Positions 9,601-18,077 of a stretch of DNA of 64,000 nt are shown here, one piece after another. Where the stretch lies: positions 52,941 through 116,940 of the forward strand of contig CBDBNU010000003.1 in the NCBI GenBank assembly GCA_965207845.1, written 5' to 3'. The notes under the pieces were generated by a model. The model saw nothing but the letters and a program-made list of their open reading frames with translations, did not search any database and was not told the DNA's origin. A program made the translations under genes and the position numbers. Source of the stretch: Dehalococcoidia bacterium (lineage in GTDB: Bacteria; Chloroflexota; Dehalococcoidia; Lucifugimonadales; GCA-2712585). Position 1 is the stretch's first letter. Each line of letters begins with the position of its first letter.

Positions 9601-9858
9601 GCGGGTCCACTGGGTAAATGAGGCGAAGGAGAGGTACTTGGCCACCTCTCCGCAGGCTTTCAGATATTCGATGCCCGCTTCCCATGACCGCGGGGTGCGG
9701 GAGGAGATGGTGATGGCTTCCCTGGCCCAGGAGGACATTTCGTCTTCCTTGAAGATGAAGCCGAGGGTCTCCTCAGTCTTGCGGAACTCCTCCTGGAAGG
9801 AGTGGGGCAGCTTCTCCAACTCCTCCTGATGGGCGGTGAAGGCAGCGCCGTGGTCCAT
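6604..9858 (-). CDS. 1084-aa vWA-domain protein (CbbO/NorD-like partner of MoxR-type ATPase)
   Basis: C-terminal vWA domain with MIDAS motif DMSAS (VVFLLDMSASTAE) and ILFLISDGRPQD. About 800 aa N-terminal region of unknown fold includes an acidic low-complexity stretch (QQEEQEEWESQDFDTEDEFSDEE). The start is 1 nt after the Nudix stop. Confidence 0.75.
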   Translation of the reverse strand: MDHGAAFTAHQEELEKLPHSFQEEFRKTEETLGFIFKEDEMSSWAREAITISSRTPRSWEAGIEYLKACGEVAKYLSFASFTQWTRCGAYLSQDSPTLAVSYFRASPAIVADLRPQHIARWAGLGRSLYKGTWKSSTLAAKFFETSPTLVKNLSFWDVEVTANLIEGLSAKSYDVATECLVMGSEVLPRMSREREPFLALCRTLTGASWREVKACFQVVGRSLPQVEESQRSRFLRLADHLAREGSREISLFIVSGSAALGKIRPQAQQHVLDLCDTLMVVSPPAVHALLNSLESVLSRITLPQLDSWFDHGLRLIHENPDGGLAFFKVESSTSEAVIESLSSSLELERVKGILMLYCRALCGFDIEVTESDQLVGKGIGWVSEGHATTEGTKVFLPLIIDRYPSKDENFGWFKVVSTHQVAHLEFGSFLFEFERPSALFEDTRVSREEALTSQVTEDEEMKAYARGAETGWVTDITRCFSLLADRKLALDLFTILEDGRLDYRVKVEYPGMKRFYNRVQEDALDGRPALMEMPLRQALVEMLVRFSLEQYRGLPTPKRYAKAVSVLAKIQRRLRSVEATVEDTAEATLRAYDILSRIPNQQEEQEEWESQDFDTEDEFSDEELAEILKEMGPPTEAQGSDEQDPYESPEDVDFRGDFKPELVQTLNRMRSGDMPENTDGSGELTQDMLEQMLRESAEYGDEQGEDEGAMAEFAQNLMKEAGATSPMPTAGQGYGPMVHVDEQGGELEAREPKTFVYDEWDFRAADYKPKWCVVREKTVDQGDLQFFGDTMRNYAGLVSDVRRQFELVIPESFRKVRRQPDGDEFDLDASIEAVIDRRSGITPSEKVYWFRNKQERDVAVVFLLDMSASTAEAIDEGRPSLGDQNAPEDPVEYMMWLRSRREGLVRRHYKRIIDLEKEGVALLLQALESIGDIYGIYGFSGYGRENVEFYVIKDVEENLSDVVKRRIDKISPLHATRMGPAIRHATAKLEKQDAKTKILFLISDGRPQDRGYSREGVEKEYAVHDTHMALVEAKRLDITPFCLTVDKSGHDYLKAMCGDMSYEVLEDIWTLPQRLPQLYRKLTI

Positions 9859-9859
9859 C

Positions 9860-10447
9860 TCAGGCCCTCCCGTTGAGATTGGCCTGGTCCACCACGTCCA
9901 GGAATTCCCGGATGACCTTGGCGGTGGCGCCGTATATTATGTGAGGGCCGTAGACGTAGGAGTGGGAGGTCGTGAGCGCGTCGTTCTCCCATCGCGCCTC
10001 TTCCCGCCAGTTTGCGGGGTCCTGGAGGACCTTCAGAGGCACGTCGACGACTTCGTCCACCTCCTGGGGGTTGGGCATGTATGCGTAGGGTTGGGGAATT
10101 GTTCCCACAAAGACCTTCATGGAAAAACCGGTGCGGGTGGGCGTGTCGTTCAGCCTGCCCAGAATGGTGACGTCCGCCGGGTTGATGTTCTCCTCTTCGT
10201 GGGCTTCGCGCAGGGCGGTAGCCAGCAGGTCCTGGTCCTGGGACTTTGGCTTGCCGCCGGGGAAGCAGGCCTCGCTGGCGTGACTCTTCATATGGCGGGA
10301 GCGCTTCTGCACGTGGACGTAGTACTGTCCGTTCCTGGGGAATACGAGGAGAAGCACGGCGGCGGGGCGAACGTCGTGGCCGTTCAGGGACTTGGGCGGA
10401 CGGCTAGCGAGGAGGGACTTCAGTTCGCCCAGCAGGGTGTCTTTCAC
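9860..10447 (-). CDS. Nudix hydrolase, CoA-pyrophosphatase-like
   Basis: Nudix box GGKPKSQDQDLLATALREAHEEENI. The upstream RS-RHM-K-SHA-S-EAC-FPGG nearly matches the NUDIX_CoA signature R-[SA]-x3-[RK]-x3-G-x3-FPGG, with a single G to S change. Confidence 0.75.
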   Translation of the reverse strand: MKDTLLGELKSLLASRPPKSLNGHDVRPAAVLLLVFPRNGQYYVHVQKRSRHMKSHASEACFPGGKPKSQDQDLLATALREAHEEENINPADVTILGRLNDTPTRTGFSMKVFVGTIPQPYAYMPNPQEVDEVVDVPLKVLQDPANWREEARWENDALTTSHSYVYGPHIIYGATAKVIREFLDVVDQANLNGRA

Positions 10448-10455
10448 GGGGGTCT

Positions 10456-11343
10456 CTATTCGAAGATGGATGAGACTACCTCTTGAATGCTTCTCTGCAA
10501 TTCATGGTCGTCTGTGATGCCCCAGACCACGGCCACGTGACAGGCGCGGCGGGCGGTGATGCCGTGGGACATGAGCTTGCCGGCGTATATGAGGACGCGG
10601 GTGCTTGCGCCCTCCTTGAGGCCGTGATCGTGGAGGTTGCGGATCTTCTCGCCCAGCTTGGCGAGGGCGAGGGACTGTTCTTCGGTGCAGCCGGACTCCT
10701 GCTTGATTATCCTGGCCTCCTCCTCCGCGGGAGGCGGGCTGAACTCGATGGCGATGAAACGCTGCCGGGTGCTCTCCTTGAGGTCTTTCAGGGCGCTCTG
10801 GTAGCCCGGGTTGTAGGAGATGACCAGCTGAAAGCCCTTCTTGGCCTCCAGCACCACGCCCTGCTTCTCCACGGGGAGAACGCGCCGGTGGTCGGCGAGG
10901 GGGTGTATGAGGACGGTGGTGTCCTTGCGGGCTTCGACGATTTCGTCGAGATAGCAGATGGCGCCGGACTTGACGGCGCGGGTGAGAGGGCCGTCTATCC
11001 AGCGGGTGCCCTCGGCGTCCAGCAGATAGCGCCCCACCAGGTCGCTGGCGGTCAGGTCTTCGTGGCAAGCGATGGTAATGAGGGGAATGACGCGGTCGCC
11101 GCCGCCGTTGGCTGAGCCGGCGCTGACCTTCACCATCGGGCGGCTGAGCTTCCAGGCCATGTACTCGACGAAGCGGGTCTTGCCGGTGCCGGTTGGGCCT
11201 TTGAGCAGGATGGGCACGTTGGCGGCGTAGGCGGCTTCGAAGAGTTCCACCTCGTCCCGGACGGGGAGGTAGAATGGCTTCTCTTCCACCACGTATTCTT
11301 CGATGGTGAACTGGTTGTAAAGGGAATTGGAGATTTTGGCCAT
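10456..11343 (-). CDS. CbbQ/NirQ/NorQ/GvpN-family AAA+ (MoxR-class) ATPase
   Basis: Walker [14 protein letters not shown] and Walker [14 protein letters not shown], length about 295 aa. The start is uncertain: ATG at 11343 (MAKISN) or GTG at 11379, which would overlap the coaE end. Confidence 0.8.
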   Translation of the reverse strand: MAKISNSLYNQFTIEEYVVEEKPFYLPVRDEVELFEAAYAANVPILLKGPTGTGKTRFVEYMAWKLSRPMVKVSAGSANGGGDRVIPLITIACHEDLTASDLVGRYLLDAEGTRWIDGPLTRAVKSGAICYLDEIVEARKDTTVLIHPLADHRRVLPVEKQGVVLEAKKGFQLVISYNPGYQSALKDLKESTRQRFIAIEFSPPPAEEEARIIKQESGCTEEQSLALAKLGEKIRNLHDHGLKEGASTRVLIYAGKLMSHGITARRACHVAVVWGITDDHELQRSIQEVVSSIFE

Positions 11344-11360
11344 TTCTATTCGGCGCTTTC

Positions 11361-11951
11361 CTAAATTAGGCGTCGCCACAGAGTTTGAACCCTGTCACGC
11401 AGAGCTTCCAGGGTGGAGGCGTTTTCTATAGGTACGTAACCTTCCTTGAGCCGTTCCTCGAAGGGGATCTGGGCTTCTATTCTACGATCGATTTCCTCCA
11501 TGGTCAGACCGTCCCTCAGCTTTAGCCTTTGGCGGACCAGGTCTCTGGGGGCATGGGTTACCCACACCTCGTCCACCAGAAAATCCCAACCGGCTTCCAC
11601 CAGAACGGCGGCTTCAAGGATTATTGTATCAGTTTCTTCCTTGCGAAGGGTCTCTAATTGCTGTTGGGCTAGTTTGGCAATCTGCGGCCACGCTATGGCG
11701 TCCAGCCTGGCCTTGGCGCGTGGATCGGAGAAGACTATGCCACCGAGGCGCTTTCTATCGATCTCTCCTTCAGGGCCTACGACTTCCGGGCCGAAGGCAT
11801 CCACAATCTGCTGCCAGGCTTCCGTTTTCGGCAAGTACGCCTGATGTCCCAGGAGGTCGGCGTTGACGACGACGGCGCCCAGTTCTTCCAGGATGAGGGC
11901 CACCTGGCTCTTGCCTGTGCCGATACCTCCGGTGAGTCCAATTACCCGCAT
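11361..11951 (-). CDS. coaE: dephospho-CoA kinase
   Basis: [18 protein letters not shown]-loop at the N-terminus, 196 aa, typical CoaE length and layout. Confidence 0.88.
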   Translation of the reverse strand: MRVIGLTGGIGTGKSQVALILEELGAVVVNADLLGHQAYLPKTEAWQQIVDAFGPEVVGPEGEIDRKRLGGIVFSDPRAKARLDAIAWPQIAKLAQQQLETLRKEETDTIILEAAVLVEAGWDFLVDEVWVTHAPRDLVRQRLKLRDGLTMEEIDRRIEAQIPFEERLKEGYVPIENASTLEALRDRVQTLWRRLI

Positions 11952-12003
11952 GATTCAAGACGAACGGAAACCCACGGTATTCTAGCAACAGGCCAGAAAG
12001 GGG

Positions 12004-12828
12004 TCAAGGTAAAGGGGCTCGGGAGGCCCGGTCGATGACGTGGCCCGCTTCCTCCACAATTGCCCTTGCTCTGGCCATGAGGTCTTCCGCCTGGCTGCGG
12101 GGGAAAAGTTCGTAGGGGGCTACCTGCATGTCATCGATGGGGTAGCGACTACTGATATAAACCTGGTCAAGTAGACAGGCTGAGTCCCTATGAGGGGCCA
12201 GGGACGGGTGTTTCTCCTCAAGCTGCTTGACGAGGTGAAGGCATGAATGGCCCAGGACCTGTCTAGCGCCGCCCAGGTACGCCAACCCCTTAAGGGCCTT
12301 CTCCGCGGCCTGCTGAGCATGGAAACAGACCTGCTCAAAGTATCCGCCCTCAAGCAAACCAAGAGAGGATCCAAGTTCTCTTCTGGCCTGACCGAGCCAA
12401 CTTCGAGCTGCAATTTCCGGGTTTTGCTTCATCACATCTTCCCCTTTCTCAACCAGGGCGGCCTGCTGCTCCCACCAATTTCCAAATACAGGGTCGCTGT
12501 CATATATGGTAACTCCCTCCTCAAGGACGACAGGTAGCAGAACGCTTCCCCTCTCCATCATGCGGCGGACTTCTTCCGGGGTGTAGGCAAGCAGGTCCAT
12601 CGATTCAACAGGACATTCGCTTCGCAGACCGGGGATTATGTCAAAACGCTTAAGGAAGGGGAGGTCCGTCTTGACGATAACCATCAGGTCCAAGTCACTT
12701 TGGATATCAGCGTCGCCCCTCGCATAGGAGCCAAACACAACGGCTTTGAGGACGCCGGCTTTCTTGAGAGCCGGCTCCAATGCTTCTCTAATCTGCGAAA
12801 TGGTGACGGGCCGTGTAGCTTGTGTCAT
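12004..12828 (-). CDS. fused nucleotidyltransferase (MNT-type) and HEPN domain protein
   Basis: N-terminal half has GSYARGDADIQSDLDLMVI (pol-beta NTase G-S ... D-x-D). C-terminal half has the HEPN pattern AQQAAEKALKGLAYL...ARQVLGHS (R-x4-H)...YISSRYP. It starts 2 nt after the eno stop and has lower GC than its neighbours. Confidence 0.75.
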   Translation of the reverse strand: MTQATRPVTISQIREALEPALKKAGVLKAVVFGSYARGDADIQSDLDLMVIVKTDLPFLKRFDIIPGLRSECPVESMDLLAYTPEEVRRMMERGSVLLPVVLEEGVTIYDSDPVFGNWWEQQAALVEKGEDVMKQNPEIAARSWLGQARRELGSSLGLLEGGYFEQVCFHAQQAAEKALKGLAYLGGARQVLGHSCLHLVKQLEEKHPSLAPHRDSACLLDQVYISSRYPIDDMQVAPYELFPRSQAEDLMARARAIVEEAGHVIDRASRAPLP

Positions 12829-12830
12829 TG

Positions 12831-14120
12831 CTATGCCGGCTCCAGGTGGGCGTAGGCGGACATGCCGGCGTACTCGGCGTTTTCGCCCAGTTCCTCCTCG
12901 ATGCGGAGGAGGCGATTATACTTTGCCAGGCGCTCGGAGCGACAGGGCGCACCGGCCTTTATCTGGCCCGCGCCGAGGGCAACGGCCAGGTCCGCGATTG
13001 TAGTGTCCTCGGTCTCGCCGGAGCGGTGGCTGACCACGGCGCCCCAACCCGCTCGACGCGTTTCCTGGAAGGCCTCGACGGTCTCGGTGATGGTGCCCGC
13101 CTGGTTCAGCTTGAGAAGGACGGCGTTGCTGGCTTTCAGCCCTATCCCCTTGCGGATGCGTTCGGAGTTGGTGGTGTAGAGGTCGTCGCCCACCAGCTGC
13201 ACCGTGGGGCCGAGAACTTCGCAGAGACCCTGCCATCCGGACCAGTCATCCTCTGCCAGACCGTCCTCGATGCTGATGATGTGGAACTCGCGACTCCAAC
13301 CTCGGTAGAAGTCCGTCAGACCCTCGGCGTTCAGGGTTATGCCGTCCCGGCGGAGATGATATCTGCCGTTTTCCATGAACTCGGTGGCGGCGGGATCCAG
13401 GGCCAGGTAGCAGTCCTGACCCAGCACGTATCCGGCTTGCTCCACGGCCTGCGCAACCAGTTCCAGCGCCGACCGGTTGGATGGAAGCTGGGGGGCGAAG
13501 CCGCCTTCGTCGCCCACCTGGGTGCTCAACCCGCGATCACTGATGATGGACTTCAGCGTCTGGTAGATTTCGGCGCCGGCGCGGAGAGCCTCGCCGAAGC
13601 TGTGAGCTCCGGCGGGCGCCACCATGATTTCCTGCACATCTATGGAGTTGGAGGCGTGGGCGCCGCCGTTGACGATGTTGAACATGGGGACGGGCAGGGT
13701 GACCTTGTCGCTCAGCGCCAGGTATCGATACAGGGGCACGCCTTTCGACGCAGCGGCGGCGTGGGCAACGGCGAGGGAGGCGGCGAGCATCGCGTTGGCG
13801 CCCAGGTTTGCCTTGTTGGGGGTGCCGTCCAGCTCCAGCAGCAGGCCGTCTACTTTCGACTGGTTGAAGGGCGAACGGCCTTGCAGGGCGGGAGCTATGC
13901 GCCGGTGTATGTTATCGACGGCTTTCAGGACGCCCCGTCCGCCAAACCGGTGGGGGTCTCCATCGCGGAGTTCGAGGGCTTCGTGGGTGCCGACGCTGGC
14001 TCCCGAGGGCACGGCGGCGATACCCACGGAGCCGTCGGTCAATCGAGCTTCGGCCTCGACCGTGGGGCTGCCGCGGGAGTCGAGGATCTCCCGCGCCCGG
14101 ATGTCTGCGATCAGGGTCAA
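12831..14120 (-). CDS. eno: enolase (phosphopyruvate hydratase)
   Basis: [25 protein letters not shown]-terminus, 429 aa, SHRSGETED motif. Confidence 0.97.
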   Translation of the reverse strand: MTLIADIRAREILDSRGSPTVEAEARLTDGSVGIAAVPSGASVGTHEALELRDGDPHRFGGRGVLKAVDNIHRRIAPALQGRSPFNQSKVDGLLLELDGTPNKANLGANAMLAASLAVAHAAAASKGVPLYRYLALSDKVTLPVPMFNIVNGGAHASNSIDVQEIMVAPAGAHSFGEALRAGAEIYQTLKSIISDRGLSTQVGDEGGFAPQLPSNRSALELVAQAVEQAGYVLGQDCYLALDPAATEFMENGRYHLRRDGITLNAEGLTDFYRGWSREFHIISIEDGLAEDDWSGWQGLCEVLGPTVQLVGDDLYTTNSERIRKGIGLKASNAVLLKLNQAGTITETVEAFQETRRAGWGAVVSHRSGETEDTTIADLAVALGAGQIKAGAPCRSERLAKYNRLLRIEEELGENAEYAGMSAYAHLEPA

Positions 14121-14647
14121 GTGCGCCTTTGGGGATTGATAGGCTTCGTCGTTCGCGCCCTGGCGGCGGCCAAGGCCTTGGCGACGGCGTCGGCCGGGTC
14201 CGTGGCGCGGATGATGGGGTCTTCGACCTGGGCGTCGGAGTCGTTGGAGAAGTTCCAGGTGTCCAGCCCGATGACGGGTATGTCCTCCGCGAGGGCGTGG
14301 CCGATCTCCGACATGGTGCCGAAGGAGCCGTCGACGGCGATGACGGCGCGGCCCGTCTTGACGACGACCATGTTGCGGGCGTACATGATGCCGGTGCAGA
14401 TGGGGAGGTCGACGTAGGGGTTGGCGGCCTCGGGGTCGTCGCCGGGGAGGATGCCGATGGTGAGGCCGCCCTCAGACTTTGCCCCCTTGCAGACGGCCTC
14501 CATGACGCCGATAAGGCCGCCGCAGGCAACGGCGGCGCCGTTTCGGGCCAACTCTCGACCAACTTCCTCGGCGTAGTCGCGGGCCTGCGGGGATGGGTAA
14601 CGTCCACCAATGACGGAGATGATTAGGGGTCTGCTGGCGGTATCCAT
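14117..14647 (-). CDS. TIGR00725-family (LOG/DprA-like Rossmann) protein
   Basis: IISVIGG...[28 protein letters not shown]...[10 protein letters not shown] pattern. Its end overlaps the eno start by 4 nt. Confidence 0.7.
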   Translation of the reverse strand: MDTASRPLIISVIGGRYPSPQARDYAEEVGRELARNGAAVACGGLIGVMEAVCKGAKSEGGLTIGILPGDDPEAANPYVDLPICTGIMYARNMVVVKTGRAVIAVDGSFGTMSEIGHALAEDIPVIGLDTWNFSNDSDAQVEDPIIRATDPADAVAKALAAARARTTKPINPQRRT

Positions 14648-14721
14648 GAGGTTCGGCCTCGCGGTTCAGGGTGAAGGTATTATAGCAAACTCGCCGCGGG
14701 GGAGATGGGGGGTGCCGCCCT

Positions 14722-15108
14722 CTAGAGACTATCTATGTCCAAGTCCTCATCCAGCCAGTCCATTTTGCGGGCAATTATGACCCACAATTGTCTGGTTTGC
14801 CGGTTGAAGCGCTTACTCTCCTGAAGCTCCTCGCGGTGTAGTTTCAGCTCCTCGTTTTGCGCTCTCAGAATCTCCGTTACTTCGAGTTGGATTAACGACA
14901 GCCTTTCGGTTTGTTGTCTAATCTCCAGGATTTCCTCGCGTTGTCCCTTCAGTATCTCCAGGACATCGCCTTGCATAGTCGTAAGCCTATCCTGGCTGTC
15001 TTCAACGCTTTCCAATCGCTTTTCCATGATATCCACTCGTTGCTCGATCGAATCCATAGATTTCTTCCGGCCATCTCCATCTATCGTCTGTTCTATTAGC
15101 TGAATCAT
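14722..15108 (-). CDS. coiled-coil protein of unknown function (128 aa)
   Basis: Internal Met start (MIQLIEQTIDG...). Heptad-like E/L/Q/R-rich sequence throughout. The longer ORF version would overlap the PIN gene. The ribosome-binding site is weak. Confidence 0.45.
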   Translation of the reverse strand: MIQLIEQTIDGDGRKKSMDSIEQRVDIMEKRLESVEDSQDRLTTMQGDVLEILKGQREEILEIRQQTERLSLIQLEVTEILRAQNEELKLHREELQESKRFNRQTRQLWVIIARKMDWLDEDLDIDSL

Positions 15109-15173
15109 ACCCAGTCTTCGTTGTCTATGCAAATCCCCTGAAAAGTGGGGAGATGGGGGAGTACCGCAGCGAG

Positions 15174-15671
15174 CTAGAACAGTTTTGGCTGGGGCGTGTA
15201 GGGCATAATGATTTTGAAGTCTGGAACTTGCGACCATCGAAAGAGCTGGGAATCATAGGAGTGAAACTCATCGACGACAAGACTTCGATCGGATAGCCAT
15301 TTGGCCGTTGCCAAGTGGATGGCGTCCAGGGGTTTCAAACTCCAACCCTGTGTAATGGCCCCTCTGATTAGCTCTCTGGCAGAGTCTGCAATACCATCAT
15401 GAAACTCAACAACCACAACCGCGTCCGGATCGCTCCAGAGGCTTTCGATGCGCTTCTCTATCTCCGGATCCAAGGCCTTCTTGTTTTGTTCAGTTGCCGA
15501 AAATGCTACCTCGACTCTTGAGAGAGCGGACGTATACAAACGGATGCCTCCACTATCACCACTACTGGCATCCAGCAGAGCATCCAGTACTGCCAAACGG
15601 TCCGGAATAGCGTTTATGTAGGAGAGCCAGCAGTTAGCGTCCCAATAGATTGCCTTGCGGCTGTCAGGCAT
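15174..15671 (-). CDS. PIN-domain nuclease (VapC-like)
   Basis: Conserved acidic positions in IYWDANCWL, SRVEVAF, PLDAIHLATA and VVDEFHSYD, 165 aa. The ATG lies inside the last codons of the upstream gene (8-nt overlap, translational coupling). Confidence 0.7.
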   Translation of the reverse strand: MPDSRKAIYWDANCWLSYINAIPDRLAVLDALLDASSGDSGGIRLYTSALSRVEVAFSATEQNKKALDPEIEKRIESLWSDPDAVVVVEFHDGIADSARELIRGAITQGWSLKPLDAIHLATAKWLSDRSLVVDEFHSYDSQLFRWSQVPDFKIIMPYTPQPKLF

Positions 15672-16398
15672 CTCTCAACTGGCGAATAATTTCTTCGGGC
15701 ATCTTGTCTCCGGAACTCCACGGCACGGCGCCCTTGGCCAGTTGATACGAACCTGGCGGAGAGTCTTCAAGAATTTCAACATCCAGAATCTCTCGTATCG
15801 TTAGAGGCCTGCCCGTTGGTTGTTCCCTCGTAATGCTGCCGCTGACGCGGGCGCGCCGCCCCCAGGCTTCACGCATGAGTGCTTCCTGCCCTTGGCGCAG
15901 ATAACATCCGACTGCGCGGTCATGGACGACATCGTACAAGTTGAACCTCAATCCGCCCCGGTTGCTCAATGTCTGGATTCTACCGGTGATGGCGCCCATG
16001 CTCTTCGAAAGAGTTCGGTTTTTGGCCTGACCGTTCCCATAGATGGTGTAGTCATCATTCGGAGTTTCAAATCGTACAAAGTCAACGGTTTGAGCCAGGC
16101 TCTTAATGGCGTCGGCGGCATGGTCAACCCGCCTGCCGTAATTCAGTCTCTCCCGACGTTGCAGACGACCACCGATATCGGCGTAATCGTTTACGATGCG
16201 TTCAGCTATTGCGGGATTGTCACATTCGCCGCGAAGGGTGGCAACGGCACTGCCAGACTGGAGATCGTCGACAACCCACGTGACTTTGTCAGAGCCTGTG
16301 AGAGCGCCAATGAGTCGCTGAAGAGCATTAACTCCTTCAGCCAGCTTGTCGATATCAACTCGCCCGCCAAGGGCGAATGTGACTGTGTTGCCCGCCAT
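15664..16398 (-). CDS. unknown 244-aa protein translationally coupled to the PIN gene
   Basis: ATG at 16398 (MAGNTVTF) is preceded by GGGGAG. The GTG at 16440 has no ribosome-binding site. I recognised no family. It sits where an antitoxin would but is about 3x the usual antitoxin size. Confidence 0.55.
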   Translation of the reverse strand: MAGNTVTFALGGRVDIDKLAEGVNALQRLIGALTGSDKVTWVVDDLQSGSAVATLRGECDNPAIAERIVNDYADIGGRLQRRERLNYGRRVDHAADAIKSLAQTVDFVRFETPNDDYTIYGNGQAKNRTLSKSMGAITGRIQTLSNRGGLRFNLYDVVHDRAVGCYLRQGQEALMREAWGRRARVSGSITREQPTGRPLTIREILDVEILEDSPPGSYQLAKGAVPWSSGDKMPEEIIRQLRDA

Positions 16399-16571
16399 TG
16401 TCTCCCCGGGACGCCATGCTTGGATTTGCAAAAGGGCCACTCTCGAGCATTAGTTTAGATGCAGAAGGTGCTTCTGGCAAGAATGGTGGAGGTTCGTGCG
16501 CACATGGCAAGAATCACAGGCCGCACGAAATCAGAGCTGCTTTGCGAAACCGAAACGGGGGGTGAAGCCGG

Positions 16572-18077
16572 TTAGGCGGCGCCGAGGAGGGCGCTGGCGG
16601 CGGCCTTTATGGCCTGCAGGAGGGGGAAGGGGTAGATGCCTACGAAGATGACGCCCAGAGTGAGGGCGGCCAGCACCCCTACTATCAGCTTGGAGGGCTT
16701 GCCGGTCGTCGCCTGTTCGTCGTAGGCGGCTTCTTCTTCGCCGTCATTCTCCTCCTTGGCCCATGCAGGGGCGGGCTCGATGTACATCTGTCGCACCACC
16801 ATCAGGTAGTAGTAGAGGGATATGAGGCTGCTGAGCATGGCCAGACCGGAGAGCCAGAGCAGGCCCTGGGTGGCCGCGGCGGTGAACAGGTAGAACTTGA
16901 TGGTGAAACCCGCGAAGAAGGGCAGTCCGGATAGGGAGAAGAGGCCGATGGCGATGGCCGCGGCGATGAAGGGATGGCTGTCTGCCAGCCCGCCGAGATC
17001 GGAGATATCATCGCGGCCAGTGACGTTGAAGAAGGCAATCAGTCCAACGAATACGGCCATGCTGGTTATGGCGTAGCCGATCATGTACAGGATGAGCGAC
17101 TCCGCGCCGATGTGGGAGAGAGCCGCGATGCCGAGGAGCATGAACCCCACGTGGCCGACGCTGGAGTAGGCCAGCAGTCGTTTCATATTGCGCTGGGCGA
17201 TGGCGACGACGTTGCCGAGAATCATGGATATGGCCGCGAGGACGGCCACCAGCAGCTGCCACTGTTCGATGGTGGGCATGAAGCCCTCGCCAAAGAGGCG
17301 CAGCAGCAGGGCGAAGGCGGCAACCTTGGAGCCGACGGAGAGGAAGGCCGTCACCGGGAGGGGCGCGCCCTCGTAGGTGTCGGGCGCCCACATGTGGAAG
17401 GGAACGGCGGCGATCTTGAAGCCCAACCCCACCAGAATCAGCGCCAGGCCCACCCAGAGGGTGGGGGAGACGGCGTCGGCGTTGGCCATCGCGGACGCGA
17501 GGGCGGCGGAAATCTCGTTGTAGTGGGTGACGCCCACCGCTCCGTAGAGGAGGCTGACGCCGTAGAGGAGGATGGCGGAGGAGAAGGCGCCGATGAGGAT
17601 GTACTTTATGCCCGCTTCGTTGGACTTGGGGTTGTTCCGGCCGTAGGCGACCATGATGTAGAAGCTGAAGCTCATCAGCTCCAGAGAGATGTAGGCCGTC
17701 AGCAGTTCCACGGACGCGGCCATGAGGGACATGGCCAGCACCGCAAACAGGACGATGGCGTAGAACTCGCCGGGGCTGCGGAAATGCTTCTTGACGAAGT
17801 CTACGGCGGAGAGGATTACCACGCCGCCGAGGACATAGAAGAAGACCTTGAACAGCAGCGAGTAGGCGTCCGTCTTAATCAGCCCGCCGTAGAGGGAGAT
17901 GTCCTTCCCCCAGAGCATGAGCAGGGCGAGGACCAGCAGTCCAACCAGGCCCGCGACGCTGAGCCACGCGAGGAGGTGCTTCCGGCCGGCGGGGAGGAAG
18001 AGGTCCACGCCCAGCACCAGAATGGCTAGGGCGGCCAGCAGGAATTCCGGCAGCAGCAGATGTAGATTGTCGGTCAT
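16572..18077 (-). CDS. nuoN: NADH-quinone oxidoreductase subunit N
   Basis: 501-aa polytopic antiporter-like protein, last in the nuo run. Overlaps the nuoM end by 4 nt. Confidence 0.9.
   Translation of the reverse strand: MTDNLHLLLPEFLLAALAILVLGVDLFLPAGRKHLLAWLSVAGLVGLLVLALLMLWGKDISLYGGLIKTDAYSLLFKVFFYVLGGVVILSAVDFVKKHFRSPGEFYAIVLFAVLAMSLMAASVELLTAYISLELMSFSFYIMVAYGRNNPKSNEAGIKYILIGAFSSAILLYGVSLLYGAVGVTHYNEISAALASAMANADAVSPTLWVGLALILVGLGFKIAAVPFHMWAPDTYEGAPLPVTAFLSVGSKVAAFALLLRLFGEGFMPTIEQWQLLVAVLAAISMILGNVVAIAQRNMKRLLAYSSVGHVGFMLLGIAALSHIGAESLILYMIGYAITSMAVFVGLIAFFNVTGRDDISDLGGLADSHPFIAAAIAIGLFSLSGLPFFAGFTIKFYLFTAAATQGLLWLSGLAMLSSLISLYYYLMVVRQMYIEPAPAWAKEENDGEEEAAYDEQATTGKPSKLIVGVLAALTLGVIFVGIYPFPLLQAIKAAASALLGAA

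Noticed and set aside
12822-14417. 531-aa plus-strand ORF
   Set aside because: Antisense to enolase and the TIGR00725 gene.
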